Under the pieces are notes generated by a model. It was given only the letters and a program-made list of their open reading frames with translations, made no database searches and was not told the DNA's origin. A DNA stretch of 64,000 bases from the human T2T-CHM13v2.0 reference genome, Homo sapiens: the NCBI RefSeq assembly GCF_009914755.1, contig NC_060927.1. One strand, written 5' to 3'. Below are positions 16,226-29,945 of the stretch, piece after piece (the stretch's first letter is position 1; every line of letters starts with the position of its first letter). A program made the position numbers and the translations under genes.

Positions 16226-16932
16226 TTCCCGGAGTGTTTGTGAAATAATGATTTCATTAAACATTGTTCAAACCTAAATTGCGTTTGTTCTTGCAGTCTT
16301 TGGAGTACACTGGGCCTTTTGCAGTTGGGACAAACCCATTTCCTCTCTCAGTGGGAAACACTCCAAGTATTCCTCTTGAAACAAAACGTCAAAGATTATT
16401 TTTGCAGACTTCTGTGGAGTCATTTTTGGACAACACCCTGGAACAGGAAACCACAGTTTCTCCTAAATTTGTACAGGATGGAAATAGATAACATTCTTCA
16501 TAAAACCATGGCCACAATTAATGCTTTCAAATCAACATAATGGTGGATGGTTTGTTTTTTGCATTTCTTACCTGAATAGATTATGGGAACCTGCAGCATG
16601 GGAAATTTCATGAATAATTTTACAGGGTTTTATTTTATAAACTGGAAATGCGGTGAAAAGATATGTGTAGGTGATGAAAAAGAGTGCTATAGGATTCAAC
16701 GTATTTGAAAGCTCTCCCTGAAAGATGGATTTGAAATAAAACAGAGTCTCGCACCCTAAGTTATGGGAATGAGATTTACGCTCGCTGACTGAAGCCCAGG
16801 TGCTGCTAAAGGTTAATTAGTGAGAGAATGTGATGAACTTAATGAAATAGGTGATGATGCAGTGTGAGGGAAGCCCACACAGTCATCAAAAGATAAATGC
16901 ACTGAGACATTGTATTTTTCTTTTCTTTGCTA

Positions 16933-17002
16933 CAGAGGAGTAGCAACAACTACACATAGAACAAATCCAGAGGAGTAGCTACAGCTACACATAGAACAAA
17001 TC
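16933..17002 (+). repeat. Tandem duplication, 2 x 35 bp
   Basis: cagaggagtagcaacaactacacatagaacaaatc / cagaggagtagctacagctacacatagaacaaatc (2 mismatches). Confidence 0.95.
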
Positions 17003-17398
17003 CTGCGTATACCCATAGCAGGTCCGGAAGGACTGGGGTGCTTAACTACAGACTTTGCTGGGAGCCATCGTTCCATAACTGCTGAAACTCCTTTTATTTT
17101 AGGTCTGTTTCTGCGAAGTCCTGATAGCTGAGTTGACTTAAGAGGAGTTGGACTAAATTTTTAAGGCTACTTTATTTTTATGATTGATTTTTAATTATTC
17201 TAAGCAATACATAGTTATTTTCTCTGGGCGAAAAGTTGAAATGTTTCATACAAACCTCATTTCCTTGTTTCCTAACCCCAGACCCTTCTCCCCTTCTTCT
17301 CAAATAAAAGCTAGCACTAGTTTTGTGCATATACTACTAGTTTGCTTTTAACGTGTATGTATGTTTATATTTTCTTAGGAAATATTTAATATCCTGTT

Positions 17399-17707
17399 CT
17401 TTTATTTATTTATTTTTATTTTTTATTTTTGAAACCGAGTCTTGCTCTTTCACCCCTGCTGGAGTGCAATGGTGCAATCTTGGCTCACTGCAACCCCCGC
17501 CTCCTGGGTTCAAGCGATTCTCCCTGCCTCAGCCTCCCGAGTAGCTGGGATTACAGGCACCCACCACCACACCCAGCTGATTTTTGTATTTTTTAGTAGA
17601 GGTGGGGTTTCCGCATGTTGGCCAGGCTGGTCGTGAACTCCTGACCTCAGGTGATCCACCTTGGCCTCCCAAAGTGCTGGGATTACAGGCGTGAGCCGCT
17701 GTGCCCA
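17399..17707 (-). mobile_element. Alu (AluS)
   Basis: (TTTA)n tail; TSD atcctgttct / atccttgttct. Confidence 0.96.
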
Positions 17708-19189
17708 ATCCTTGTTCTTATATTTTTAAACATAGAAGGTATGACATATATGTTTTTGTGTGTATGTGTGTATATGAATTTCATACTTTTAAAAAATGTG
17801 TCCTATTTGTACCTTGTTTATGTTAATCTTCTTCAATTTGTATATACTTCCTGTTTTAAACTGTTGGACAGTATTTTCACATTGTGGCTATTTTATAGTT
17901 ATTTATTTGCTTCTCCTTTACTAGATGTTTATATTGTTTATATTTTTATTGACATTAAGATGGTAGTTTACCAACATCTGTCTTCGTGCATCCTTGTACA
18001 CATACGCTGCAGTTTGTGGTAGACCCATTTAAAATTTTAATAGACATGCAAAAATGAGAGCACCATCTTAAAGCAAATCTTAGAGATCCTTTTTGCAAAG
18101 CAAAACATGCCTTTGTATGAAACAGGATATATTTAAAGGTACATCTCAATTTTGCTTTCCTGTGATTTCTGGCAAGATGAAGCTTGCGTGGGCACCTGTG
18201 ACTAGGTTTCTGAGAGGCTCCAGCACTGTCCATAGGTGTCAGGTTAGGTAAGATTCTTAGAATGTTAACGGTAACTCTCCCTCTTTTTGCCTGTTCACCA
18301 ATAGCAGAATGCCCTTGGCAGATGAAGGAACACTATATGGTACTAAGACTGAGCCCACAAATGATACATAGTAACCTATGCTGTCAGTCAGTGTTGCAAA
18401 CAACTGAAGGCTGCTATGGCTTAGTTTAAGCAAAGATGGACTTTGTTGGAGAAAGGGGAGTTGGGGAAATCTCTAGCTGAGCTGAAAACTCCAGCTCAGA
18501 AAGGATTAGATTCAGGGAAGAATCTAATCAGAACTTTTTCACTGTCTGTATTTCAAAGTCTCTTCATTGTAGGATGGGTCTATTTTATAGGAGGGTGAAT
18601 ACCCTGTTTGAATGGTTCCTCAAGAGAGGATCTAGTTGGGAAACATATTAACACAAAAGAAAACCGAGCTGCTTTTAGGAATACAGATGCTTGGTGGCCA
18701 GAAAATATACAATACTAGCTGCCATCAAATAAACTGACCAATATATCTCATGGCGTGCTTTATCTGTATAAACGTACCTAACATTTTCCAAATGTGCTTT
18801 TCACATCTAATATTCATTTATTTGCATGGTGGAAAAATGGGTTGTTTGAATCAGGTATCTATTTTTATAGAATTAGATTAGGGTGAAGTACACTTAACAT
18901 TTAAAGCACATTTAAATTTTAAAATGCCTGAGAATTGTCATGAGGAGTCTTGGAATTATTAGACTTTTCTTGATGGGTTTGTTGTTACTTATTGGTAATG
19001 AGAGAGACATATTCTGATTGAGGTTCTAGTACAGCTGCTACAATCAGTTTCTTCTCTTTGCCTTCAGTAGCATAATTGTGGAGGTGAAAAATCAGAAGGG
19101 GTAGTTCAAAAAGTAGTTTTCATGTTAAACAGCCATTTTAAATTGGAGTCACGTAATTTTCCAGTGTCTTATGATTATAGCTATCTAGA

Positions 19190-19287
19190 TTGGCTGACCC
19201 TCAGAAACTGTGATGAGGTTAATATTAGTGGTTTTAGGCCACTAGATTTTGAGGTAATCTCTTATGCAGCAATAGATAACTAATACA
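19190..19287 (+). mobile_element. MLT1 LTR 3' fragment
   Basis: cagaaactgtga...ttttaggccactagattttgaggtaat...atgcagcaatagataactaataca. Confidence 0.75.
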
Positions 19288-19779
19288 ATGTTGATACAAT
19301 TGGGGCTGTATTTTTGGTTGATGGTAAAATATTTTGAGTTCTTTTGGAACTAGATTTTAGGGAGTTTAATAAACCCATTTTTGTTAATTTCTTTTTAAGG
19401 TGTTTGGATACAGTATTAGCTGATACTACTTTTCTCTCTCTTTGCGTCTGTCCTTCACTAAACATAATCTTTGAAAAGGAGACATTTTTGTTTGTTTGCT
19501 GTGCTTTCCAAGAAGGATGGGGTCTGACTTTCTCTTTTTATGGTCAGTTATAAAGTTGTAATAAGGATTATTTTGACCTTTCTGGAGAATATGTCATGAC
19601 AATTATATTTCAAGCATGTTATACAGTGATTATAAGGTGGGTCCAGTACTTGGAATAACAATTCACAAATGGAATTTTACAGTAAGACACAGATCTATGT
19701 TTAGACAAACCTACTTGCATACTTCGGATTTTCTTACCTGAAGAGTTTTTTAAAAACCATGGACATATACTGTTAGCAT

Positions 19780-19935
19780 CCAGCTTCAGTGACGTTATAA
19801 TTGGGATGAGGTCTTACTGATAAATATTGTGTTTCTTACGAACATGGAAGCTGAGTCCCAGAGAGTTAAATTGATGAGTCTTTGGTTTAGAGGCAGAATC
19901 AAGATAGAATTGGAGACTCTGTATTTCTAGGTTAC
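19780..19935 (-). mobile_element. MIR fragment
   Basis: gaagctgagtcccagagagttaaattga...ggcagaatcaagatagaa. Confidence 0.6.
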
Positions 19936-20249
19936 TTTGTGGTCTTTGTATTATGGTGCCTATGTCTTTGTCAAGTTCACGGTGGCTATGGAGATCCTGA
20001 GCTTTGAGGGCCATGTGTGAAAGCACCATGCAACAGTTTGCCTTATGAAAATTGCCTGATTTATTCTTGTTTCCAGGGGCCTATTTTAGAAATGTTATCT
20101 CAGTAACGCGTATGGACATACATGCATGGACTTGCAAAGGTCCTAAAAGCTGGACGTCTCAAAGACCTCACCTTTATGAGTAAAGTAGACATTGATTGCC
20201 ACTGCCTACCTGACATCCATGTCCCTTCCTCTTTGCATCTGTTCATCTA

Positions 20250-20470
20250 AATTCCATTTATTGAATGATTTCTTTGTAACAGCTGTTGTGTTACATGCAG
20301 GGGATAGGATAGTGACCAAAGCATACAAACATGCTTGTCCTTGCGGAGCTTACGTTCTACTGTGGGAAACAGACAAAGAGTAAGAAGTATGTTGTATGAT
20401 GATAAGTTCTAAATAGAAAACATTAAAGCAGGGAAGGGGGGTTTGAGAAAATGGAAATTTTAGAGAAGGT
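20250..20470 (-). mobile_element. L2 fragment
   Basis: catttattgaatg...ggggatag...gtgaccaaagca...ggagcttacgttctactgtgggaaacagac. Confidence 0.75.
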
Positions 20471-20985
20471 GTGTGCGAGGTTCAGAATGGCCCCCATAAT
20501 CCCCACTTCCAGGTATTCACACCCTTTTTTAGTCTTGTTAAACAAAGAGAGCTGGTTTGTGTGATCAGTTGACGATGGCAGAGGTGACACTGTGTGACTT
20601 CTTAAGACCAGGCCGTAAAGGAATTGCGGCTTCTGCCTTTGGGCTTACTATTGATTGTTTCCTTTGGAACAAGCTCACTCCAATATCATTAGAACGCTGG
20701 GGAAGAACTGAGGCTCCACCAACAGCTGGTACCATTTTGCTGGCCATGTGATTGAACCACTTAGGAAATGGATCCTCCAGTCCATGTTAAGCCTCAGATA
20801 ACTGCTGACCCAGCTGACATCTTGACTGCAATCTCATTTAGAAAACTTGTTTCAGAACTGCACAGCTAAGCCATTGCTACATTCCTGACCTATAGAGATG
20901 GTGACAGATAATAAATGTTTATTGATGTTCTAACTTAGTGAGTTTTGGGGGATTTAGTTACACAGCATATGACAACTAAGATGCA
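20471..20985 (+). mobile_element. MaLR LTR (MLT1F/G-like)
   Basis: aatggcccccataatccccacttccaggtattcacacc...gcagaggtgacactgtgtgacttc...cagctgacatcttgactgcaa. Confidence 0.8.
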
Positions 20986-21039
20986 GAGTGCTAGGAAAGT
21001 CTTTACATAAAATATTCCTTTTGGGGAATTCACTGTGAC

Positions 21040-21535
21040 CCCTTTGTTTTCTCCTCCAAGTTGATGTGTTCTGGGGTGAGCTGTTTTCCTTCTCTGGGCT
21101 CTAGGAATGGACACATGACCCAGGTCTGGTCATTTAGGTTGTTAAGATTGCTTTGATTGGATTGGAGATGAATATGTGGCCATGGCCATCTAATGAAAGT
21201 CTCCTGTGCTTTACTTCAAATGGCCACATCAAAGTCCTTCCTGTGCTGAGGCTTCTGTGCTTTTCAGAACATAAGCTCAGAGGAACCGGTGGCCATTCAA
21301 AAGAGAAAGGCCTGTTTGAGAGTGCAGCCAGCACTGGAATGCAGAACTGAGTTGACAGCAAGAGAATGAGATCTCTTGAGAGAACAGCAGCCCTGTGCTG
21401 CTAGAAGGTAGCAGTACTACACACATGCACAACAGATGTACCCCCTGAATAGTTACGTGAGACAATAACCTCCTTGCCCTTTGGTTTTCTTTTGTTTAGG
21501 CCACTTTGAGGTGGGATGGTTTCACTTTAAACCAG
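21040..21535 (+). mobile_element. Old MaLR LTR (MLT1K/L-like)
   Basis: ggacacatgacccaggtctggtca...gtgagacaataa...ttaggccactttgag. Confidence 0.55.
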
Positions 21536-23383
21536 TGCCCTGAGTTTTCACCATAATTATAAAAACATTGAGCCTCGGTTTCTTATCTGTAAAATAGGTC
21601 TGATTTCACCTATTCTCATCTATAGGCTGTGAGAAATTAATAAGGGAAGACAGGTAAAGTACCTGGCAAAAAATTGATTCCTCTGTCTTCTCTATTTACT
21701 CTGTTTCTCCTTCCTGCAACTATGTACCCCATTTTGTTTGTTCTCCTAAGGTCTGTGCCTGTTCAGTGTGTACACATACATATTCATGGACATATGAATA
21801 CATGCTTTTTAAAACGTGCACTATTAGGGAAACTGTACTGGTGCACTGTAATATACATGCAGCATTGTCAGTCTGCTGGCTTATCAAGCACTGTGCTAGT
21901 GGACTAGATATAGATGAGATACAGGAAGGTCTTTTCCCGTAAGAAGAGCAGTCTCATGTGAGTGGGCAATACTTACCTGAGGTTTAAACTAGGTATCAGG
22001 TAAGATTATAGCTATTTGAAGATCCACATATCCTAAAAACCTGTAATATGAGGGTCCTAGAGAAGGATAATGCTGACAGTGTGATAGAGAAGGTTCCGTT
22101 ATATTGCTGGCTTATTAATAAAATTGCATATTACAATTTTGAATTTAAGATGCCAAATTCTATGTTTTAGCATTTTTTTCTTTGGTGCCTAAATCGCACA
22201 TTTGCATTAATTTTTCTAGTAGAGGGAATGCCGCTGGTTTATAGTGGTATGAAGTATTTTTGGAGATGGCTGTGATTTAATTTCTTCTTATTTTCACTGC
22301 ATCAGAAGGTGAACGCAGTTACTGAGTGGTTCTCTTGTTTGACAACAAGCCTTTCCCTTGCCTGTTTTGTTCCCAGCCTTGTACTTAGGTCCCTAAAAGT
22401 GTTACTAAGCTCTCTGGGATTGCAGCTGCTGACCTTAAGACATGAGCCACCTGTAAGGTAAAAGTAATAGTATAGAAAGCTTTCATAACTGGGCTCTTGT
22501 TCTAGATTAGCCGCCTTTCCTTTTCTTGTAGGAATTCTTCCTCAAGCAGTTCTCTCAGAACCATGGGTTTTGTAGTCATCTCATTGCAGATTGTACCTTC
22601 AGTGTTTTGTAATTAATCTCCTCTAGACTTTCATGGTGTAGAGAAAGATGTTCTCATACCCCTTCCAAAACAGCAGGATTCTTGCCCAAGTCTGGTGGTT
22701 TTCAAAGTGTGTTCTGGAATTCTGTGGTTGCTTGGAGTCTTCTAAAATTTTACTTTCTATATTTTGGTCTTCCATGTAAAACTTCAAAACTCAGTTTCAA
22801 GAAAAGCTTCTAAAATAGCTTTAAAATGTTCATGTTAAAGTAGACTTTATAGTCTTGTAATGTTTTACTAAGGGGTATAAAATAATATGAAAGGGTAGGC
22901 CTTTTTTTTTTTTTTTTTTTTAAAAGCAAAGCACTGATTTAATTATAGTAATTTCTTACTTTTATTTCTCTCTTAGTACTTCTCATACTCTTGGTTTACT
23001 GGTGCTTCAGGCCTCACATTAGGAAGCTTGCTGAGGTGTAAGCCTGAGGTAGTTGGAATGCTGTCTTGCTGGGGGGCTCTGGGACCTTGGAGGTTGGCAT
23101 TAAACCAAGGAAGTGTGGAGCAACAGCCACTAGATGTCAAGGTGTTGTGGAATGGGGGAGTGGGTTTCCCTTGAATTAGGAAGAAACAGATATCTCTATA
23201 TCCCTCTGGCCACATAACTTAAATTTTACTTCTTCCTATTTCCAGAAGAACTTTCCCTTCCTCCCATCATGTTTTCCTTATTGATTGGGAGGATGCTAGT
23301 GATATTGATGGGTGGGTGCTAGTGACAGTCAAGTGTGATGCCCTCAGTCTCTTGTACTTACGTAGAACATTAAGACTAAGGGT

Positions 23384-23598
23384 CTTTTAAATTGTAAAAT
23401 ACACATAACATAAAATTTACCATTTTAACCACAGTGTACCTCTCAGTGGCGCTTAGTATATTCGCAGTGTGATGCACCCATCACCATTATCTAGTTCCAG
23501 AACATTTTAATCACTCCAAGTGGAAGCCTCATACCCATTGAGCAGTCACTCCCCACTTCCCATTTCCCACCGCCCCGGCAACCACTGATCTACTTTCT
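23384..23598 (-). mobile_element. 5'-truncated L1MB 3' end
   Basis: taaaatacacataacataaaatttaccattttaacc...tagttccagaacattt...ggcaaccactgatctactttct; TSD taagactaag / taagaccaag. Confidence 0.9.
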
Positions 23599-25094
23599 AA
23601 GACCAAGAATTTTACAAGGTATTTTAGAAATTACAAAATTTATATTTTAAGCTCTAGCATAAGAACAAGCCAAAAGAAACAGTTACATGGAAACGAAGCC
23701 CACAGTTTGCACCATGATTTCATTCTTCTTTTCATCATTTCTGATTTGCCATCTCAACCTTGGTTCCAAAACATTTTGAAATATATCCTTCCATACTTTT
23801 TTTCTCATTGCATGCATACAAGTGTATTCCCGTATTTTGATTCATTTTCTGCACTGTTTATAAATATAGAACTATAGTGTACACATCCCTCTGCAACTAG
23901 CTTTTTCTGAACAGGTTTTGTTAACATGTCTCCAGGTCATTAACAAACAACTCTAACTTATTCACTCTGTAGCTGTGTAATATTTCATAAGGTGGCTGTT
24001 CCACAAATTACTCATTATGCTGCTCTTGGAGGCCCTTTGAAGAATTAGTAATTAATGCTTAGAAAGTCTTATGAGGAGGACTGGACAGGTAGAATTAGCC
24101 CATTTTGTATGTTGGGGCACTGAACCTCAGAGGGTAAACCATTTAAAGTCACATAAGCAGTACTGCTATATGATGTCTTGACTGCTGTCGCTCAAGCTGA
24201 TGACTTTCAAGTCTTCTACTGCATTTTCTCTACATGAGGCTCCTTTATTTTCAAAGAAAAAAAATGCCCTTTATGTGGGCTATTTCTTTTTCTGATCATT
24301 TCCCATCCTATTTTCCTATTTCTGTGTGTGTCTAGTATCTTTTTTTTTTTACCCCCTCTCTCAACATAGCCTCATTTAGTATTTGGCAGTTTTGCAGTTG
24401 AGGTAACCAATGCCTCATCACTCCAGAAATCTCATATTGTAAAATCTTTAGAATTAAAAAATCCTTATACAACTGAAGAAAATACAAGAGAGTTTCAATG
24501 ACTTGCTCAAGTTCATACAGACCTCCAGTGGCCAAGGCAAGACTTGAACCCACCTCTTGTGAATTCATATCCCATCATAGGAGACAGATACACAGCAGCT
24601 CCCACAGCAACATTCAACAACTGGTAGTGGCTCTCTACAGCACCATGTGTGAATAAATCTGAGACTTTGATTGATTAATGATGTCTGCCATGAATGGGAT
24701 GGGTCAGGGAGTAGACTAGAGAGATAACTAAGTGGTGATGCATGTGCCATGGGTTGCCTTTGCCCCAGCACAGCGTATTGACAGTGATGATTCTTGAGTG
24801 TGACTCGATAATTATTTTATTTCAAGGGTTTAAAAGGTCAGCCTGGGGACCAATCACAAAGTCAGGGTTGAGATCCTATATATCACAAGGCTTTGAGACT
24901 ACCTGACCAACATGGGTTTAATTACTAATCCTGCAAAGACTAATATAGTTCCTAACGTTTTATCCATGTTTTATTAGTATGCTGATGTTGAATGTTGGGT
25001 GTGTGTTGTTGGCGTCTTCATTTTTTTTCTGCAATCAAATATGGCTTTCTTTCTCCTTTGGAAGAAATGACGTAAGGTGGGTGAAATTGGGCTA

Positions 25095-25290
25095 TCACAG
25101 TCTCAGCATTATGGACATTGGGGATAGCTAATTATTTGTTGTGGGGGCTCTCCTCTGATATTTAGCAACATCCCTGCCTCTATCCACTGGAAGTCACTGA
25201 CACCTCCCTCTTAACACCAGGTCTTTAATCTTGACAACAGGAAATTTCTCCCAGACATTGCAGAATCCCGCCTGTATGAGAACCACTGGC
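25095..25290. mobile_element. MER20 hAT MITE
   Basis: ctcagcattatggacattgg...tttagcaacatccctgcctcta...tctcccagacattgc...gagaaccactgg. Confidence 0.8.
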
Positions 25291-27659
25291 TTAAACTGAT
25301 ACATGTTTTCAATGGGTTGTAATAAGTTTTTTAAAAGGTAATTTTCTCTATGGCCCATTTGTATTGTGGGCGTTGGAATAGTGACAGAAAAGCATGAAGG
25401 AAAACAAATGTTTATTATCTTTTGTAAGGCAGTGGGAAGCTTTTCTTTTCTATAGTACTGAATAGGAAAGCCACAAATACAGAAGTACATTTTACAACAA
25501 TAGGTGGCACACTACTACCAGAAGCCTAGTTCAGAAAGTAGATGGAGACAGTTTTATAAGTGAATGTATTTCAATCGTTTTTTATTAACAGTATTCCCAA
25601 CTTCTTCATTTTATTTCTCTTAAAAAAGCATATTCTGCTTTAACAGTCCTTCTAAAGCTAATTTTATTTTTAAAAATGAGCATAAATTTGCCATTTGCTT
25701 TGCAAAACAAACCTGCAATCAATATAGTATTTATAATAGAGATGTCATATAATTGTGGGATTAAACCAGATTAACTTTGATGTCAATTATTTTTTCAATG
25801 CATTATAGAAAAAGGCATTTTTTTAAAGCTTTTCTGGAATATTAGGTGTTCTGTATGTATTTTTTAAAACAAGTAAATGGATGTTTAGTCTCTATTAGTA
25901 CTTAAGAAACACTATTATAATAAATATGACTTCTGTTGAAAACAGGTCATGAGATATCAATTGAGGGTAGCTGAAAATAGGGCAGCTCAATGCCTTCTTT
26001 TCTTTTAAAAACTCTTAAACTTTTAATTATGATGCCTCAGTGTGTATTTGGAGAAGACTGTAAGTTGAAATTTAAAGATTATAACCATGGTGCTTAGAGC
26101 TAGCATAAGAGACTAGTTTATTACAAACTCCTTTTAATAAACTCTCTGCCCATACATTGAAAAAATAAATGCTCTCCGTTTTCTTCCTGTTTGAGTAAAT
26201 AGCACTTCCAATGTTTTAAGTATGCAGAGCATGATCAAAGAATGAGGAGATGGAGACAAAAAGTTGCTGAGTGAATATTTTTATTTTTGTAGTTGTGTCT
26301 CTGACTTGTTTAGGAGTTGATTTTTTTAAGACTTTAAGCAAAATAAAGCTTAATCTAGTGGAGACTCTCAAAAGGAATGATGTGTCACTCCTTTTCAAAG
26401 TATATGTGCTTTAACTATATAGTAATGTTTTAAAGCTTTTATTAATGCTGGGGTTCTTTATAATGAGAATACCATTCATTGGTCATTTATTACAAACCTA
26501 TTATATGTTAGATATGAAAGACCTTAGGTTATTTTCTTTCTTTAATCCATAAAATGATGGGAATTAGGACATTATATCCCAAGGAGGATTATTAAATAGT
26601 TAATGTCACGGTGTTAGTAAGTCACAGGGCTGAGATTCAAACCCGGGTCTAATTTTGAATTACCCTTTATCTAAAATCATGGAATATCACCACAAGGGAA
26701 AATCAGAGCTGACATGAACTTTCTTCCCCCTATGCCTCTGTCCCCCTTTTGTTCCTTCCTTTGGCTTTGGAAAAATTTGTTTAAGCGAAATTCTATGAGC
26801 CCCCAGGACAATTGACACAAGGAGAGTTTCTTATTTGAGATCTTGGTTTGATAGTCCATAGTTTTTTTTTTTTTGGTCATTGTTGTTTGTTTGTTATTTA
26901 TGAGCAAGGAACTTGAGTTACAGAAAGGCAAGCAAATGACCCCCATATTGAACTGCTGGAGAACTTATGACCTGAACCCAAGTCTTAGGAGAGACTCTTT
27001 CAAAATTACCTTTCTGTTGGCCTAATTTTAATTAATAAAATACTGCTGCCCACAACATTTAAACTGTGTGGTAATTATTGTTTCTTTTCTTGTTTTTCTT
27101 CCGCATTACAACATAAACTCTCCCATCTGCTGTATATTTATAGCACTTAATATAATCCATGGCACATAGATGCTCAGTAAACCAGTGTTTCATTATTCTT
27201 TCATAAGCAACTGCTCTTGTGACATCCTTTATTGTGATCAATAGAATATATCATGTATTAATTATATTTCCTTTATAATTTAGTAAACTCTAGGAAACAC
27301 TGAGGGATTCCTGTTTGTACACCAATCCATAAAATCACGTGTGATTGCTTAGTCCTGTTACTAAAGATGTTGAGACACAGAAGAGGAAATATTGTATGTA
27401 CATTTCAGAGTGAAAAGTAATTCCTCAGGGTTGGATATGAAATTGAAACAGTTGATAGTAAGAGTGCTGCACTAAGAAGGGAATCCTTCCCCTAAATTTT
27501 AATATGTCCCCTAGTCATGCTATTCCATCTTAATGAGAATTGATTTTGTCCTTTCACCTATCACAGACCCTTACATGCTTCCTTCCCAGCCCGTGAAAGC
27601 CATTGTTTGATGAGAAAAAAAATACATGACTTTTCTCCCCAGGCATAGAAGGATAATAG

Positions 27660-27995
<336 letters not shown>

Positions 27996-27996
27996 A

Positions 27997-28405
27997 TTTT
28001 TTAAAATTAAAGCTTTTCAGGTAACTGTTGTTTCACATGCAGTTGTATAAAATAATACAGAGAGGTCCCTTTTATACTTTTCCCAGGGTGTGTGTGTATT
28101 AAGTTCTACACAATTTTATCACTGGTGTAGATTCATGTATCCGTCACCACAGTCAAGATTCTGAATAAGTCCAGCACCACAGGCAGGGTTGCCACAGCCA
28201 CCCCCCTTCCCTGTCCCCATCTCTGTCCCCAACCCGGGCAACCACTAATTTATCCTGCATTTCTAAAACTGTCATTTCAAGATGTTGTATAAAAGGAATC
28301 ATAGAGTAAGTAGCTTTTTAGGATTGGCTTTTTTAATTGTCTGGTTTTCTGGACAATCATCCAAATTGTTGAAGATATCAATCATTGGTTTCTTTTTATT
28401 GCCAA
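27997..28405 (-). mobile_element. L1MC 3' end
   Basis: tcacatgcagttgta...aataatacagagaggtccc...caccacagtcaagat...ggaatcata. Confidence 0.85.
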
Positions 28406-29253
28406 TTTTTAAAAATATAGAATGTTACTTTAAGAAGATCGTTTAGGAAGCTGAGCCTGTATTATGATAGTTTCAGTCACACAAGGTGTAAAGGGAGGTC
28501 GTTTGCTATGATTGTTGTTCTCCAGAGTCTCCAATGAGTAGCTTTTTCTTAGTGGGGAAAAAAAAAATTGGCACAGTCACTGCTTCTCAAAGCTTTTGTC
28601 AAGCTGGGGGCCAAAAACAAAATCCCACGAAGGCATTGATCAAAGATATCATTGTAGGAGGAAGTCCTAGAGGGCAGAAAATGCTGTCTTCCTTTTGCTG
28701 TCTTGCCACAGTTCCCTGTTATTAGAGTCCTGTCCTTTGTCTTCAAAGCTTTGGAGAAGTGCTTCACATAAAAGACAATGAAGCAGGGGCCACCTAAGAG
28801 GCTTGTCTTTGTTGTTGTTTATGCAGAAAGTACTGTTCTCTGCTATTGGCAAAGTAATTTTCAGCTCTAGATGAGCCCAGATCAGTCACAATAGTTTTCA
28901 CAAGCCTGATAGGAAGGCCTAGAGTGGTGTTAATTAGTCAGAGATGGGAGAAGGAGGACATGTGTTAGCATATTCAATCAATGCAGAGTTTCTTCAACTG
29001 GCATGGGGGCATTCCTCAGCAGTCACTGCTACAGTAGGGCACTTAATGCATGCCGATGCCCGTGGGTTTGATTGCACTATTTAAATTTTCTGCCATGCAT
29101 CCCAATGGTGGCGAAATACTGCTGTTTTAGAGATGCATTATGAGTTGTGAAATTAGATTGAAAGAACCTTATGGGGGCAGAATTAAGATATGACACAAGC
29201 AGAGGTGAAAATGGTAAACATTTGTGTGCAAGTTGTATCATCATGTAATAATA

Positions 29254-29517
29254 CAGGGGTCTCCAACTCCACGGATTGGTACCGGTCCCTGGCCTGTTAG
29301 GAACTGGGCTGCACAGCTGGAGGTGAGCAGCTATGAGTGAGCTCCGTCTCCTGTCATATCAGTGGTGGCATTAGATTCTGACAGGAGCGCGAACCCTGTT
29401 GTGAACTGCTCATGCCAGGGGTCTAGATTCCTTGCTCCTTAAGAGATGCTAATGCCTATTGGAAAAAGTGTCTTCCACAAAACCAGGCTGTGGTGCCCAA
29501 AAGGTGGGGGACCGCTG
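29254..29517. mobile_element. MER1B hAT-Charlie MITE
   Basis: caggggtctccaac...ggtaccggtccctggcctgttaggaac...aaggtgggggaccgctg; TSD-like gtaataata / gtataata. Confidence 0.9.
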
Positions 29518-29631
29518 GTATAATACATTTATTGAAACTTTTGGAAGTTGTCATGTAGTGTAGTGGCCTCCTTTGGCCAAGGAACCATAACTAGTATTAA
29601 AGATTATTTCTAATGTAGGTATTACTCAGAC

Positions 29632-29945
<314 letters not shown>

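Noticed and set aside
16933-17002. 35-bp repeats of CRISPR-like length
   Set aside because: Only two abutting copies, no spacers, no cas genes, and a eukaryotic context
24570-24775. Possible old hAT/Charlie-type fragment (end resembles catgtgccatgggttgcc)
   Set aside because: Too diverged to assign a family by eye
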